Made by a program: the position numbers and the translations under genes. Below are positions 46,058 through 56,504 of a stretch of 64,000 nucleotides of DNA, one piece after another (position 1 is the stretch's first letter; each line of letters begins with the position of its first letter). The stretch comes from an uncultured Candidatus Rokubacteria bacterium (GTDB lineage: Bacteria; Methylomirabilota; Methylomirabilia; Rokubacteriales; CSP1-6): positions 256,001-320,000 of the forward strand of contig CAVXJS010000011.1 of NCBI GenBank assembly GCA_963762145.1. Reading direction: 5' to 3'. The notes beneath the pieces are model-generated. The model was not told the origin of the DNA. It did not search any database and saw only the letters and a program-made list of their open reading frames with translations.

Positions 46058-47049
46058 GGCTTTCGCGCGACCAGGACCTTCGTGATCGTGGGAATGACGT
46101 CTCGAACCGAGATGTCGGTGAAGCCACGTTCGCGGACGACTTGTGAGAGCCCGCCCGGGGTGAGGGCGGGAGCGTCGGGGTCCATGAGCATCGCCGCGAG
46201 CAGCCACAGCGCGGCCGAGGCGGGACCCGTGCGGTCATCCTCGACCATGAAGTCGTGCAGGATGAGCACGCCGCCGGGCGCGAGCGCACTCAGGGCGCGG
46301 GTGATCAGGCTCCGGCCTTCCTGCTCGGCGACCGCGCTCAGCAAGTACGACATCAGGACCGCGTCCTGCCGGTCCGGCCACGGGCTCGTCAAGGCGTTCC
46401 CCGGCTGAAAGGTCACGCGATCGGCGAGGCCCGCGTCCGCCGCGACCCGCTCCGCCATCGGGCGGATGCTCGGGAAGTCGATGATCGTCGAGGTGATCGT
46501 CCGATAGCGGCGGCACAGCGATAGCGTGAACGCGCCGGTTCCTCCACCGACGTCGAGGAGCCGTTCACGCCCGGTCAGATCCACCAGCTTGGTCAGCACG
46601 TGGGCCGGACCCAGCGACCCCGAATGCTGCGCCCGGCTGAAGCTGTCGGCCTCGGCCCCGTCGTCCATCAACTTGTAAAAATCGACGCGATCCCCTCGCA
46701 GAGCGCGATCGAGATGCAGGAACGCGGGGTAGATCTGCCGGTCGATCTGGAAGCGGTAGTAGTCGCCGAAGTACATCGGAGCCGTGCGAACCAGGTACGC
46801 CTGACTCGCGGGCGCGTTCCGGTAGCGCCCGTCGTCCTGCTCGAGCAGGCCGAGGCTGACGCAGGCGGTCAGCAGGGTGCGCAGGCGGTTCGGGGCGACC
46901 TCGGTCTCGGAGGCCAGCTCATCGAGCGGCTTCGGGCCGCTCGCCAGACGGCTGAACACGTCGAGATTCAGGGCCCCGAACAGCGCTTTCGCGGCCATGA
47001 ACCCGTAGGCGATACGGGAAATGTCGCGGACATCCGTGAGGGGTTCCAT
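46054..47049 (-). CDS. O-methyltransferase family 2 with dimerisation domain
   Basis: LNLDVF..L N-terminal domain; LLDVGGGTG, PGGVLILHDF. Confidence 0.88.
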   Translation of the reverse strand: MEPLTDVRDISRIAYGFMAAKALFGALNLDVFSRLASGPKPLDELASETEVAPNRLRTLLTACVSLGLLEQDDGRYRNAPASQAYLVRTAPMYFGDYYRFQIDRQIYPAFLHLDRALRGDRVDFYKLMDDGAEADSFSRAQHSGSLGPAHVLTKLVDLTGRERLLDVGGGTGAFTLSLCRRYRTITSTIIDFPSIRPMAERVAADAGLADRVTFQPGNALTSPWPDRQDAVLMSYLLSAVAEQEGRSLITRALSALAPGGVLILHDFMVEDDRTGPASAALWLLAAMLMDPDAPALTPGGLSQVVRERGFTDISVRDVIPTITKVLVARKP

Positions 47050-47079
47050 GGGCGTGCCGTGCGGGCGGGAGTATAGCAC

Positions 47080-47940
47080 TCACGGCGGCGCGGGCGGGCC
47101 GGACGGCTGCAGCATGAGCGTCGGGACGCCGCAGGTCCCGTCGCGCACTGTGAACACGTGCGTGCCCGGCTTGCGGCCGGGGCGCGTCTCCGAGACATCG
47201 AGGCCGGCGTCCCGCAGGCGGGTGGCCGCCGCCGACGGCTCGTCCGTCCGCCAGGACAGGCCCCAGAGGCGGTCCGGACCGGCGGACACCCCGGCCCGCA
47301 GATCGTGGGCCAGCTCCACGATGAGGTCCCCGCAGCGGAAGAACATGAGCCGCGCGCCCCACGCCGGATTCGACCGGTCGAGGCGCATGTCGAGCCCCAG
47401 GCGCGCGCCGTAGAGCGCGGTGGCCCGCTCGGGATCAGGGGTGCGGATCACGACGTGATCCAGTCCGGTCACCCCGCCGGGCGCGGCGGGAGGCGCGGCG
47501 GGCAGCGGCGCGTCGCGCTGGATCAGGAAGACGCGCACGCCGTGGGTTGCCGCCGTCGCGGCCCGGGTGCGGCGCCAGCGGCGTCGCGCGCCGGTCGCCC
47601 GGTCCAGGCTCTCCGCGGCGGCGACCGGCTCGGGATCGAGGCCGAGCCGGGTGAGCCGGCGGTGGGCGCGCTCGATGTCGTCCACCGCGAAGGCCAGGCT
47701 CGCGAGCCCTTCGCCTTGCGCGTCGAGGACGGCACGCAGGCGCTCCGCGCCCGGGCCACCGCCCGCGGGCGCGATCAGCTCCGCGGCGACGTTGGCGAGC
47801 TGGAAGACCGCGGTCTCAGCGAAGCCGCCGGCCGCCTCCGCCCGCCAGCACGGGGGTCGGCCGAGGAGGCGTTGATACGCCGCGATCGCCGCGTCGAGAT
47901 CGCGCACCGCGATGACCACGTGATCGAGCGCGGTGATCAT
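47080..47940 (-). CDS. VOC/glyoxalase family protein (two domains)
   Basis: LDHVVIAVRDL and GLDHVVIRT repeats. Confidence 0.88.
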   Translation of the reverse strand: MITALDHVVIAVRDLDAAIAAYQRLLGRPPCWRAEAAGGFAETAVFQLANVAAELIAPAGGGPGAERLRAVLDAQGEGLASLAFAVDDIERAHRRLTRLGLDPEPVAAAESLDRATGARRRWRRTRAATAATHGVRVFLIQRDAPLPAAPPAAPGGVTGLDHVVIRTPDPERATALYGARLGLDMRLDRSNPAWGARLMFFRCGDLIVELAHDLRAGVSAGPDRLWGLSWRTDEPSAAATRLRDAGLDVSETRPGRKPGTHVFTVRDGTCGVPTLMLQPSGPPAPP

Positions 47941-48001
47941 GCGACGGCCTTGTCGCGTGGGGCGGTGGCGGGCACGGTGCGGAAAGTGTAGCATCGTGAC
48001 G

Positions 48002-48824
48002 ATGAGCGAGCTGATTTCTGCCGCTGATCCGCATCCGCGTCGCCGGGTGAAGACGCTCGACACCGAGATGGCCTACGTGGACGTGGGCGCGGGCGATCCG
48101 GTGGTGTTCCTCCACGGCAACCCGACCTCGTCCTATCTCTGGCGCAACGTCATCCCGCACGTCGCGGCGCTCGGCCGCTGCCTGGCTCCCGATCTGGTCG
48201 GCATGGGCGACTCGGGCCGCGCGCCCGCCGGCTCCTACCGGTTCGTGGACCACGCGCGCTATCTCGACGCCTGGTTCGACGCGATCGTCCCGGCGCGCGC
48301 CGTGACGCTGGTCGTGCACGACTGGGGCTCGGCGCTCGGGTTCGACTGGGCGCGGCGCCATCCCGAGCGGGTGCGCGGCGTGGTGTACATGGAGGCGCTC
48401 GTCCGGCCGGTGACGTGGGACGAGTGGCCGGAGCCGGCGCGGAAGATCTTCCAGGCCCTGCGGTCGCCGGGCGGCGAGGAGATGGTGCTCCAGAAGAACG
48501 TGTTCGTGGAGCGGATCCTGCCCTTGAGCGTGCTGCGCGGTCTGACCGACGCCGAGATGACCGTGTATCGCCGCCCCTACCTCGAGCCGGGCGAGTCACG
48601 CCGCCCGACGCTCACCTGGCCGCGCCAGATCCCGATCGCCGGCGAGCCCGCCGACGTCGTGGCCATCGCCGACGCCTATGCCGGGTGGCTGGCCGCGGCG
48701 GCCGAGTTGCCGAAGCTCTTCGTCAACGCCGATCCGGGCGTCATCCTGACCGGCCCCCAGCGCGAGTTCTGCCGACGGTGGCCGAACCAGCAGGAGATCA
48801 CGGTGCGGGGGAGCCACTTCATCC
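48002..48824 (+). pseudogene. Haloalkane dehalogenase, 5' part (interrupted by the island)
   Basis: FLHGNPTSSYLWRN, APDLVGMGDS, VHDWGSALG, YMEA, RRPTLTWPRQIP, GSHFI. Confidence 0.92.
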
Positions 48825-48853
48825 GCAAGTACTCCGGGCGAGGGAGAAGCGAC

Positions 48854-49024
48854 ATGAAGCCCTGGATGATCTGGCCGATGGCAGCGGTCTATGCGCTCTT
48901 CTACGATGCGCGACCGGAGACTTGGGGAGCGTACCTCGGTGCCGTCGTCGTCGCGTTCCTCGCTCTCCTGCCGCCGTTCGCGCTTGGCTATGCCGCAGCG
49001 AAGAATCAGAAGCCGCCCATTTAG
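48854..49024 (+). CDS. Small membrane protein (56 aa), in frame with the truncated dehalogenase
   Basis: SD-like GGGAGA; two hydrophobic segments. Confidence 0.5.
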   Translation: MKPWMIWPMAAVYALFYDARPETWGAYLGAVVVAFLALLPPFALGYAAAKNQKPPI

Positions 49025-49124
49025 ACGTTCCACCAGCCGCGCTCGACCAGCCGGTGTCAAGCCCACTATCGGGAACGCCAATAAATCCTTGAAGTCATAT
49101 CGTCACCCTCGATAAATTACGGCT

Positions 49125-49430
49125 ATGTTGCGACTCCGAGACGTCAAGGGCGGACTAAGGCGGAGGATTTGGCCGCCGAGTGGTTTACCGCGCGAAGCCC
49201 GCAACCACGGAACGCTGGTCGGCGTGCGTCGCATGGGGGACCGCTTGGGGTTGACGATCCTCTATCACGAACGCGACTACACAGGGTGGCTTGACGAGTG
49301 GGACTCGCCCCCGACCATTGACCAAGTGGAAGCCCTGCTCATGTCAATGCTCGGCAAGACGATTCACGCACTGGGTGAGGCGTGGATAGACGAGGACGCT
49401 CCAACCGTCGTCGATGAGCTAGGGTTCTGA
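49125..49430 (+). CDS. Hypothetical protein
   Basis: 101-aa ORF with protein-like composition after an AT-rich, promoter-like stretch. Confidence 0.55.
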   Translation: MLRLRDVKGGLRRRIWPPSGLPREARNHGTLVGVRRMGDRLGLTILYHERDYTGWLDEWDSPPTIDQVEALLMSMLGKTIHALGEAWIDEDAPTVVDELGF

Positions 49431-49504
49431 ACGCATGGACCCTGCCTCGGCGCGCATTACCGACACCCGCCAACGACGTAGTGAGACACGCGCTCGGCGA
49501 CGCG

Positions 49505-49732
49505 CTAGATTGAGCGCGGATGTTGCGGTCGGGCGGCCTGCGCTCGGCGGCGGTAGTCGTCGCGGCTCTCGATCTTGACAACGTGGGTGCCCTTCTCGCG
49601 CCCATGTTCCGCCGCGAGTAGTTGCGCTTGTACGTCAGTCTCGGTGTAGCCGCGCCACCGGCCACAACTGCATGTCACCCACCAGCGGTCCGTCGTGCTG
49701 CTCGACTTGGTCAGCCGCCAGCGGTGTGCCAT
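49505..49732 (-). CDS. Small hypothetical protein with CxC...H...H motif
   Basis: WVTCSCGRWRG...AAEH...GTH. Confidence 0.45.
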   Translation of the reverse strand: MAHRWRLTKSSSTTDRWWVTCSCGRWRGYTETDVQAQLLAAEHGREKGTHVVKIESRDDYRRRAQAARPQHPRSI

Positions 49733-49819
49733 GCGGGCCAAGGTAGTCCCCGTCGAGTAAAAAACTAGTAAAGATCGACGAGGCCCCGCCCGGGGCTACG
49801 GCTTCTTCGGGCCCTAGTT

Positions 49820-50987
49820 TGTCCTGAGCCGGATTAGTGTTGACACTTGTGACCAGAAACAGTGAGGGCCATCTGGCCTATCGTTCCCAGAGTGAACCAC
49901 CCCCTGCCAGGGGAACCACTTTGGGAGGATCGACCGATGACCCTCGAGGAGAAAGTACACGGACTGCGGCTGCATGTCATCCAGCGGGCGGAGGAGTTGG
50001 GCAATGTCAGTCGGGCCGGCCGGGAGGCGGGGATCTCCCGCGCCCTGTTCTACCGCTGGCGTCAGCGGTTGGAGCGCTACGGCCAGGACGGGGTGCATCC
50101 GCGGCGGCATCGGGCCCGCCCCGGCCGACCGGTGCAGCTGGCCCCGGAGACGGAGCGGCTGCTGCTGAGCGTGGCGGTCAGCGCGGCGACGTGGGGCGCG
50201 AGTCGGATCGCCGCTTACCTGCGCCATCGCTGGCAGCTGCGCGTGGCACCCAGCACGGTGCAGCGTGCCCTGCGGCGGGCCGGGCTGGCGACCCGCCGGC
50301 AGCGGCTGACCGTGCTCGAGCACCGCGCCCTGCAGACGGCGGGGTTGCTGACCGAGCGGACGCGCAGCACCCTGTGGCAGGCGCAGCACGGCCAGCCGCG
50401 TCACGTCGCCGCCCGCGAGCCCGGCGAGCTGGTGTGCGTGGACACCTTCTACATTGGGCAGCTCAAAGGCGTGGGCAAGGTCTGGCAGATCACGGCCTGC
50501 GACGCCGCGTGCTCCTACGGCGTCGCGTGGTTGCTGCCAGCCCACAACGCCGAGGCGGCCGCTCACTTCGTGCGTCGCATCTTGGTGCCCCTGTATCGCC
50601 GGGCGGGCTGGCGGCTGCGCCGCCTGCTCACCGACGGCGGCCCCGAGTTCAAGGGGGCGTTCGATGACGCCTGCCGGACGCTCGGCCTCCGCCACACCCG
50701 AACGAAGCCGCGGCACGCGTGGACGAACGGGTTCGTCGAGCGGCTGCAAGGCACGATCTTGCAGGAGCATTGGCGCGTGGCCTTCCGTCGGCGCTACTTC
50801 ACGAGTCGAACGGCGCTCCAACGAAGCCTCGATGGGTTCATGCAGTCCTACAATCACGAGCGGCCCCATCAAGGCTACCGGGTCCGTGGCCGCACCCCCG
50901 CCGCGCTCTTCTGGGGCGCCGCTCGGGCCTGACCGCATGTCGCACTCTGGGGTGGCCAAGGTGTCTACACCATTCCGGGTCTGGACA
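49820..50987 (+). mobile_element. IS481-family insertion sequence, 1168 bp
   Basis: TGT...ACA ends; 27-bp terminal inverted repeats (22/27 identical); 8-bp target duplication CCCTAGTT at 49812-49819 and 50988-50995. Confidence 0.93.
49937..50932 (+). CDS. IS481-family DDE transposase
   Basis: N-terminal HTH; PGELVCVD, LTDGGPEF, WTNGFVER, YNHERPHQG. Confidence 0.95.
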   Translation: MTLEEKVHGLRLHVIQRAEELGNVSRAGREAGISRALFYRWRQRLERYGQDGVHPRRHRARPGRPVQLAPETERLLLSVAVSAATWGASRIAAYLRHRWQLRVAPSTVQRALRRAGLATRRQRLTVLEHRALQTAGLLTERTRSTLWQAQHGQPRHVAAREPGELVCVDTFYIGQLKGVGKVWQITACDAACSYGVAWLLPAHNAEAAAHFVRRILVPLYRRAGWRLRRLLTDGGPEFKGAFDDACRTLGLRHTRTKPRHAWTNGFVERLQGTILQEHWRVAFRRRYFTSRTALQRSLDGFMQSYNHERPHQGYRVRGRTPAALFWGAARA

Positions 50988-51416
50988 CCCTAGTTCAGCG
51001 TGAGTTGTTGACCGCTGGCCCACGATCCGGCCCGCTCCGCACGAGGTAGGTCGAGAGCGTGTCGAGCTTGGGCCGTCTTGTTGCGGTACCGGGTAGAAAT
51101 GCCGCATCATCACTCGGTCAAAGGTTCTGAGCCGCCAGCCAATCCTCTGAAGCCTCCAGCCAAGAGTTCGAAATATCTAGCCTAATTCCGTGGCATGTCG
51201 GTTGCTCTTCACATGTCGGCGCTTCGATCTCGGCTTGTAAGGAGGAGATCATGCCCTGCATTCGGTGCGGCAGGATTACGGTGAAATTGTGTACTTGCTC
51301 AATCGAGCAGGCGAGGGAAGCGCTCTCGAGCTGGTCGAAGGTGGAGCTCCAACAGGCAATCAACACGTTAAGGAAGATCTTGAACTCCAAGCAGACTGAG
51401 GCACCAAGCAGGCAGT

Positions 51417-51460
51417 AAAAGCCCGAGGGGGGACCGCTCGTTGGTCCCTCCCCCTCGGGC
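51417..51460 (-). terminator. Possible intrinsic terminator
   Basis: GCCCGAGGGG/CCCCTCGGGC stem followed by TTTT on the minus strand. Confidence 0.45.
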
Positions 51461-51611
51461 GATTTGCCGGGCGTGCCGGCTGTCGGTGAATCTTACCCCT
51501 GATCCCGACCACCACTGGGGTCTACTGGCTGACGCACCCCGATCAACAAACTGCCGCTCCGGGCGAGGTAGAAAATTGGACTACACTCAGCGCGGGGTGC
51601 TCGATGCACAG

Positions 51612-51893
51612 ATGCGGGTCACCGAGCGACTAGGCCGCATTCTGGCCGAGCACGGGATGGTGCTCGACCCCGGCTCGCCACTCTGGTTCGACGGGCGCCT
51701 CGAGCTCCCGACGCCTGGCGAGCCGTGGACGATGAAGCTTTCGTGTCGTGGGGCTACGGCGTCGGTCGAGTTCACCCCGGCCGAACTCGAAGCGTTCCTC
51801 GAGGTGCGCCCGCCCGAGATTGTTTCGGAGAAGCTCCGCCGAGCTGTTGACGCGATAAAGCCGCCCAAGCCCCAAGAGCGCGGGCTGGCCTAA
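51612..51893 (+). CDS. Hypothetical protein
   Basis: 93-aa ORF from MRVTERLG with protein-like composition. Confidence 0.5.
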   Translation: MRVTERLGRILAEHGMVLDPGSPLWFDGRLELPTPGEPWTMKLSCRGATASVEFTPAELEAFLEVRPPEIVSEKLRRAVDAIKPPKPQERGLA

Positions 51894-51983
51894 GGGCGTG
51901 CACTACCACGTCGCGAGTTCGTCTTCTCGGCCCGAGCAGCGACCAACTGCGGGACTGTCCCGTATGGTACAGTCCCGTACCCC

Positions 51984-52223
51984 ATGGACGAGGCCTCTCG
52001 GCGGATCACCGACAAGCTGTGGCGGGGCATCCTTCCGACCGACGATTCTGTCAAGACGTGGGGCGGCTACGGCACCGGTCTGACATGCGCCGGATGCGAC
52101 GCGCCCATCACGTCGAGCGAGCCGGAACACGAGGAGGAGATGTCGGACGGGCGCACACTCCGCTTCCACGTCGCCTGCGACGGGCTCTGGAGGGTCTTGA
52201 AGCAGGCGCTGCCCGAGTCGTAG
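51984..52223 (+). CDS. Small putative zinc-binding protein
   Basis: CAGC...FHVAC (CxxC/HxxC). Confidence 0.65.
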   Translation: MDEASRRITDKLWRGILPTDDSVKTWGGYGTGLTCAGCDAPITSSEPEHEEEMSDGRTLRFHVACDGLWRVLKQALPES

Positions 52224-52241
52224 CCAACAGGGAGTAGATGG

Positions 52242-52688
52242 CTAGGCCTGAATCGTGTCCTTGATCGCGACGAGCAACCGGGTCGCGATGTCGCGCTTGG
52301 TGATGAATGAGTCGGCGCCGTTCAGGAACGCCGAGCGGCGCGTGTCATCATCGGTCAGGTTAGTCAAGACCAGAATCCTCGTCTCGGGCCATTCCCTCTT
52401 GATCCGCCGCGTCGCTTCGAGCCCTCCAACGCCGGGCATCATCACGTCCATCACGACGAGGTCTGGCTGTGCCTGGCGGACGAGAATAATCGCTGACTCG
52501 CCATCCTGCGCTTCACCGACCAGAAGCACTGTCGGGTCTTGGCTGAGGATGAAGCCGACCAGCGTACGGACTTCGACGTCGTCATCGGCGACGACGACTC
52601 GAACGGCTCTTGCCGCTTCTCGAAGAGCTGATGATCTCGCGGAACTCACACGCCGTGCGAGTGCAACACAGGATGACTTGTCTGTCAA
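52242..52688 (-). CDS. Stand-alone receiver domain (NarL-type)
   Basis: VVVADDD, GEAQDG, PDLVVMDVMMP, GLEATRRIK, FITK. Confidence 0.88.
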   Translation of the reverse strand: MTDKSSCVALARRVSSARSSALREAARAVRVVVADDDVEVRTLVGFILSQDPTVLLVGEAQDGESAIILVRQAQPDLVVMDVMMPGVGGLEATRRIKREWPETRILVLTNLTDDDTRRSAFLNGADSFITKRDIATRLLVAIKDTIQA

Positions 52689-53315
52689 CGGGCCGACGGC
52701 AACCGAGACTGGTCGAGGTAGCTCATCGGAGCGAGAAACATGCTCGCTTCCTTCCCCTCACTTGTGGCGAGATCGGCCTGTAGAGCTCCGTGACCTTGGC
52801 ATGCTGCATGGCGTTGACGAAGCCCGTGATACCCGCGCCGATGGCAATGCCGAGAGTGCGTGCAACCGCGAGCGCCAAAGCTGACCGGTTCCTTCAAACC
52901 TCCGTGTGCAGTCGGTCCTTTTTGGTCAGAGGCACGCGGACGGTGACCAATCTGCAGATGGACGCAGTCGGTCGTCTCGTGATCCTTCGCTCTGACCGCC
53001 ATAGGGCAGGCATGGAGCAGATTTAGGTGGGCGCCGGTGTAGACGCAAACACTACGTCTTCGGCTCCACGCGCGCTCGTCCACGCGCTGGGCGCAGCATC
53101 TGCACGAGTCCAGAACCCAGGGGAGCGAGTCCGAGCCGGCTCTGACAAATCGAGGCAGTGGGGCCCGCCCGTCGTCAGGACCCCGATGGGGCCGCTCATT
53201 CCAATACTTACGTGAGTCGGCCTTCGTAGCCCTGCTATGGGGCACAGGTCTCGTGGCACCTTGGTTGCACTTTGGCACGCGGAGACGGCACGCAGTAACG
53301 ACAAGGGGGCCGCGA

Positions 53316-53711
53316 ATGGATGCCGTGGACGCCCGGCGCATCGTAATCGTGGATGACGATGACTTGGTGCGCGAGGGCATGGAGATGACGCTCGAAGTGG
53401 TCGGGTACCGGATCCGGGCAACCGGCAGCGCTCGGGAGGCCCTCCGGTGGCTTGAGGACGAGCCCTGCGAGCTGCTGATCATCGACGTCAACATGCCGGA
53501 GATGGACGGGCCCGAGTTGCATCGCCGAGTCCGCGCGCGGTGGGCCACCAGCGCGCCACGCGTGGTGTTCGTGTCAGGCCACGACGAGATCCGCGGGGAC
53601 GAGCAGGATCCGGATGTGCTCGCCGCCCCGCGACTGGTCAAGCCATTTTCCCTCGGCGCGCTGCTCACCGCCGTCAACCGAGCACTCGGGCCGAGCCATG
53701 TCCGGGTTTGA
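53316..53711 (+). CDS. Stand-alone receiver domain
   Basis: IVIVDDD, IIDVNMPEMDG, VSG, VKPF. Confidence 0.88.
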   Translation: MDAVDARRIVIVDDDDLVREGMEMTLEVVGYRIRATGSAREALRWLEDEPCELLIIDVNMPEMDGPELHRRVRARWATSAPRVVFVSGHDEIRGDEQDPDVLAAPRLVKPFSLGALLTAVNRALGPSHVRV

Positions 53712-54039
53712 TCGATACGCGCAAACAGACAAGCTGCCAGCGGTCCCGCCGCGCACACGCCGGCTTAACCCGCGGGTCCCCGTGTCATGGACCGTCTGGG
53801 CCCGTACCGGCCAGCAGCGGATGCGCTTTCACGCCGTTGACGTCAGTCCACGCGGCGCCAAGCTGCGTCCGAGGGGAGTGTTCCCGGTTGGCGCGGCGAT
53901 TGAGCTCGAATTTATCACGCCGGACGGGCGACGTCTGCCCGTGTCCGCCGTCGTCTGGCGTGCGGACTCGGATGGGCTGGCCGTCCTATTCCTCGGGTCG
54001 GTGCCCGCGGGTTTCGATGCGGGTGGGCATCGGGTCTGA
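53698..54039 (+). CDS. PilZ-domain protein
   Basis: RRLNPR (RxxxR) and DVSPRG (DxSxxG). Confidence 0.82.
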   Translation: MSGFDRYAQTDKLPAVPPRTRRLNPRVPVSWTVWARTGQQRMRFHAVDVSPRGAKLRPRGVFPVGAAIELEFITPDGRRLPVSAVVWRADSDGLAVLFLGSVPAGFDAGGHRV

Positions 54040-54077
54040 ACCCAGGACCACGGCGTACGTAGTCTCCGAGGCGAGCC

Positions 54078-54466
54078 ATGGCTGAGACCATTCTGGTCGT
54101 CGATGACGATGATGATGTGCGCGCGGTCGCCCGGCAGGCTTTGGTGACAGCGGGATACACCGTCGTGGAAACTGGCGATCCGCAGCAGGCGATCCGCATG
54201 GCCAAGGCGCAGCGGATAGATTTGCTGCTGACAGATGTGGTTATGCCGATATGAAGGGGACCGAGCTGGCGGATCGGATCCAAGCCGTGAGCAGGTCGAC
54301 GAAGGCGCTGCTGATGTCGGGCTATGTGACCTCGGAGATCGCCTCGTCGCGCCGGCCGTTCCTGGCCAAGCCTTTCAGCATCGACGACCTGGTGCGTCGC
54401 GTGCGCGAGACGCTCGACCGGCCCTCATCCTTCGCCCGGCCGACGAAGCCAAACCCATCTTCGTAG
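54078..54466 (+). pseudogene. Receiver domain, frameshifted near 54250
   Basis: [11 protein letters not shown]...LLLTDVVMP, then MKGTELA...MSGY...LAKPF in another frame. Confidence 0.78.
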
Positions 54467-54735
54467 GGGTGCCGCCGGTCGCTAACCTCTTCAGTTTGCG
54501 CCCGCTGTTGTTCCGCGGCCTGGGCGCTTGGTCTGGGGGCAGCCTCTCGAGGGTGGCTCATCCCCTTCGGGCGCTACCGGGCGCCTCGCCACGCGCCCGG
54601 TAGCGTCAGCCTACCGCCGCTCCCCGGTCCGGTCTAGCGGCTCAGCCGGCGTGATCGGCTGCGCGATGCTGGCCCCGCTCCCGCCACGCGGACTGAAGGT
54701 GGGGGCTTCCAGAATCTCCCAGCCGCTAGCCCCAC

Positions 54736-55281
54736 CTACTTCTTTTTGAACGGCTCGAAGCCGAACTTCTGGCCGCCAACACTCGCCTCGAACATGAGGC
54801 CCTCCTCACTGGTAGTGAAGACCGCCACGCCGTTCTGGTATTTGGCGTTCGCCGACGCGCCCTTGGTCACGGCCACCGCGCTTGCCTGAGCCGCCAGCGC
54901 TAACGTCCCGTTCTTGAAGTCCGTGAACGCCGGCGCCGTCTCAAAGAAGATGATTTCCGAGTAAGTCTGGGCACCAAGCTGGGCACCGACCGTCACCTGG
55001 GTGAGCGACGTCTTGCCGATAGCCTTGCCTTTCTCGAAGACAACGCCCGAGCCGGTCGCGCCGCCGATACCGGCCGCTCCTTTTCCAACCGTTGGGAAGA
55101 CCGCGTACCCGACCGACTTTTCGAAGAAGCGGGAGAGGCCTGGGTCCGCCTTCTTGAAGACAGCGACGGTGTCCCGCGCCTCCTTTACATCCTTGGTTAC
55201 ATCCATGGTCTGGGCAGCGGCGGTCTGGATGAGGAGGCCGAAAGCCAGCAGGAGTCCTACGCCGAACGTTTTCGCTACCAT
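54736..55281 (-). CDS. Exported Ysc84/SYLF-domain protein
   Basis: GYAVFPTVGKG, GAQLGAQ, GLMFEASVGGQKF. Confidence 0.85.
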   Translation of the reverse strand: MVAKTFGVGLLLAFGLLIQTAAAQTMDVTKDVKEARDTVAVFKKADPGLSRFFEKSVGYAVFPTVGKGAAGIGGATGSGVVFEKGKAIGKTSLTQVTVGAQLGAQTYSEIIFFETAPAFTDFKNGTLALAAQASAVAVTKGASANAKYQNGVAVFTTSEEGLMFEASVGGQKFGFEPFKKK

Positions 55282-55523
55282 ATGATTCTCCCTTCCGGCC
55301 GGATGCTTGAACTGCTTGGCCGCGATTCAAAATCGATCATACTCCTTAGATCGATCGTAGTCCTTAGGAGGGACGGGGCGGGGCGGCCTGATCGGATGCG
55401 CGATACCGCCGCCGCAGTCGCACACTATCCAGAGATGGTCCCTGTCCACGCCGCCGTCCAGCTCGCCGCAGCGACGGTGCTCCTGCATGAAGGCGTCGAG
55501 GGGCGAGTACTTCGGGCATCGTG

Positions 55524-56504
55524 CTACTCGATCACCTGATCCGCCCGCTGCAGGAGCGACGGCGGGATCGTGAGGCCGATGGCCTTCGCGCTCTTCAGAT
55601 TGATCCAGAATTCGAACTTGGCGGGCTGCTCGACAGGAAGATCGGCGGGCTTGGCCCCACGCAGGATCTTGTCGACATAGAACGTGACGCGCCGTATCGC
55701 GTCGTATTCATTCGCACCGTACGCCATGAGACCGCCCGCGGTCTTCACCCACCAGGCTCCCGATGTGTACATGGCCGGCATCCGCTTTGCCTGGGTCAGG
55801 GCGATAATCCGCCCCCCCCAAATGTTAATGAGGTAGGCATTCGAGACAATCAGGGCCCCACAGCGTTCTCGCACAGCGATCTCGAAGAGAGACTCGATCT
55901 CGTGCGGGCCCACCTCTAAAGATCGCAGTTCTAATCCGAGTGGTTGGGACGCCTGCTGCGTCGCCTGCCAAAGGTCGACGCTCTCCGGACTGCCCCGACT
56001 CCAAAATACCCCTACGCGGACGAGGCCAGGTACGGCGTCCTTGAGCAGTTCGAGCCGCTTACCGGCGAGTTCCGGGTTGCGCAGGGTCAGCCCCGTGACG
56101 TTTCCGCCTGGCCGACCGAGGCTGGATACGACTCCGGCTACGACGGGGTCACCCTCGGCCAACATGACGATGGGAATGGTCTTAGTGACATCCCTGGCCG
56201 CTCGAATCGCTGGCAGCCCCGCCGCCACGATCACGTCCACTCCAGACCGGGCGAGTGCGGTCGCGACCACCGTCAGCTCTTGGTCGGCGCGCGCCACCCC
56301 TCGCTCAATGATCGCGTTCCGCCCTTCGACATAGCCAGCCGAATACAGCGCCCCAACCAGTAGAGAACCGAACTCCGCGATTGGAGGGAATGGGCCCTCC
56401 AGAAGGCCAATCCGATAGCCCTTCCCCGCCGGTTGCGCCTCGGCGGCGAGCGGCGCGGCGAGGAGGCCGCCGGCCAAGGTGCCGATGAACGTCCGCCGGT
56501 CCAT
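55524..56504 (-). CDS. ABC_sub_bind-family substrate-binding protein, copy A
   Basis: MDRRTF signal, [46 protein letters not shown]. Confidence 0.9.
   Translation of the reverse strand: MDRRTFIGTLAGGLLAAPLAAEAQPAGKGYRIGLLEGPFPPIAEFGSLLVGALYSAGYVEGRNAIIERGVARADQELTVVATALARSGVDVIVAAGLPAIRAARDVTKTIPIVMLAEGDPVVAGVVSSLGRPGGNVTGLTLRNPELAGKRLELLKDAVPGLVRVGVFWSRGSPESVDLWQATQQASQPLGLELRSLEVGPHEIESLFEIAVRERCGALIVSNAYLINIWGGRIIALTQAKRMPAMYTSGAWWVKTAGGLMAYGANEYDAIRRVTFYVDKILRGAKPADLPVEQPAKFEFWINLKSAKAIGLTIPPSLLQRADQVIE

Noticed and set aside
30734-48824. Haloperoxidase plus dehalogenase as a halogen-cycling pathway
   Set aside because: They are 16 kb apart with unrelated genes between them and no evidence of shared regulation.
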